A stretch of 32,000 nt of DNA from Clostridiales bacterium (GTDB lineage: Bacteria; Bacillota; Clostridia; Christensenellales; Pumilibacteraceae), in the NCBI GenBank assembly GCA_014799665.1, contig JAAVHP010000010.1, positions 40,085 through 72,084 of the forward strand. The letters are read 5' to 3'. Below the pieces are notes generated by a model that was not told the origin of the DNA, made no database searches, and saw nothing but the letters and a program-made list of their open reading frames with translations. This document shows positions 31,586 to 32,000 of the stretch, piece after piece (position 1 is the stretch's first letter; every line of letters starts with the position of its first letter). Both the position numbers and the translations under genes were made by a program.

Positions 31586-32000
31586 TCACGCGATGAATGT
31601 GCTTTCGGCGCGCTTTGAAAGCGCGATCGTATCGATTTTCATAACCGCCGTCAGCGGCAGCGCGTCTATAAGCTCGACTATCGTCGGCACGGCGTAGTGC
31701 GACAGATCGCTTTCTATCTTTTTGCGCAGCGCGTTCTCGTCCTGCGGCTTGCCCGTATAGTAGAGCGCGATACGCGTTTTGCCGTGATCCTTGTACTCGA
31801 CGGCGCACGCGCCCGTGACACCGTCGACTTCGAGCACGGAAGCTTCTATCTCCTTGGGATAAACGCTTATCCCCGCAATCTTTATAATACGTTTCAGCCG
31901 CTGAATAAAATACAGATAGCCGTCCTCGTCCACGTAGCCGAAATCACCCGTGCGCACATATCGCTTTCCGTCGTGCTCGAAGAACACACGCTCGTTTTCT
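31586..32000 (-). CDS. AMP-binding enzyme (acyl-CoA synthetase/ligase family), C-terminal part; N-terminus outside the window
   Basis: YVRTGDFGYVDEDGYLYFIQRLKRIIKIAGISVYPKEIE is the TGD...GR.K..IK..G..V.P.EIE signature. The frame stays open to the window edge. Confidence 0.85.
   Translation of the reverse strand, partial: ENERVFFEHDGKRYVRTGDFGYVDEDGYLYFIQRLKRIIKIAGISVYPKEIEASVLEVDGVTGACAVEYKDHGKTRIALYYTGKPQDENALRKKIESDLSHYAVPTIVELIDALPLTAVMKIDTIALSKRAESTFIA

Overview
This is a chromosomal segment from a moderately GC-rich Firmicutes/Clostridia-like genome, gene-dense and mostly on the minus strand. The left edge (about 1-3060) is visibly AT-rich. It looks like the end of an integrated element: a LytTR regulator, a DUF3021 membrane protein, a ~185-bp near-perfect palindrome and a large serine recombinase. 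The recombinase ORF has no stop codon of its own and reads through a terminator and antisense across tRNA-Arg(ACG). The remainder is mostly housekeeping or accessory genes: MATE efflux, reverse-rubrerythrin-like protein, SHOCT membrane protein, PaaI thioesterase, acyl carrier protein, transglutaminase-like lipoprotein, HtrA-like protease, ung, ArsR, argS, ychF, an AT-rich AAA ATPase (DUF4143) islet, rnr, secG, a P-type ATPase, a TM1266-like protein with an ABC substrate-binding protein and permease, an MBL hydrolase and a partial AMP-ligase. No CRISPR array, cas genes, rRNA or recognisable defence or toxin system was seen, and I cannot claim a clearly novel multi-gene system. Four things most deserve a second look. 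(1) Adjacent IlvD-family and LeuB-family genes both appear to have lost canonical catalytic and cofactor residues; they sit behind a consensus promoter and a 284-nt element closed by a 16-bp helix. (2) The palindrome and tRNA junction at the serine recombinase. (3) A riboswitch-like leader with three mutually exclusive segments precedes the TM1266-like/ABC operon, which has no ATPase gene. (4) A ~135-bp hairpin-led intergenic repeat family has at least five copies. All alignments and folds were done by eye and need computation.
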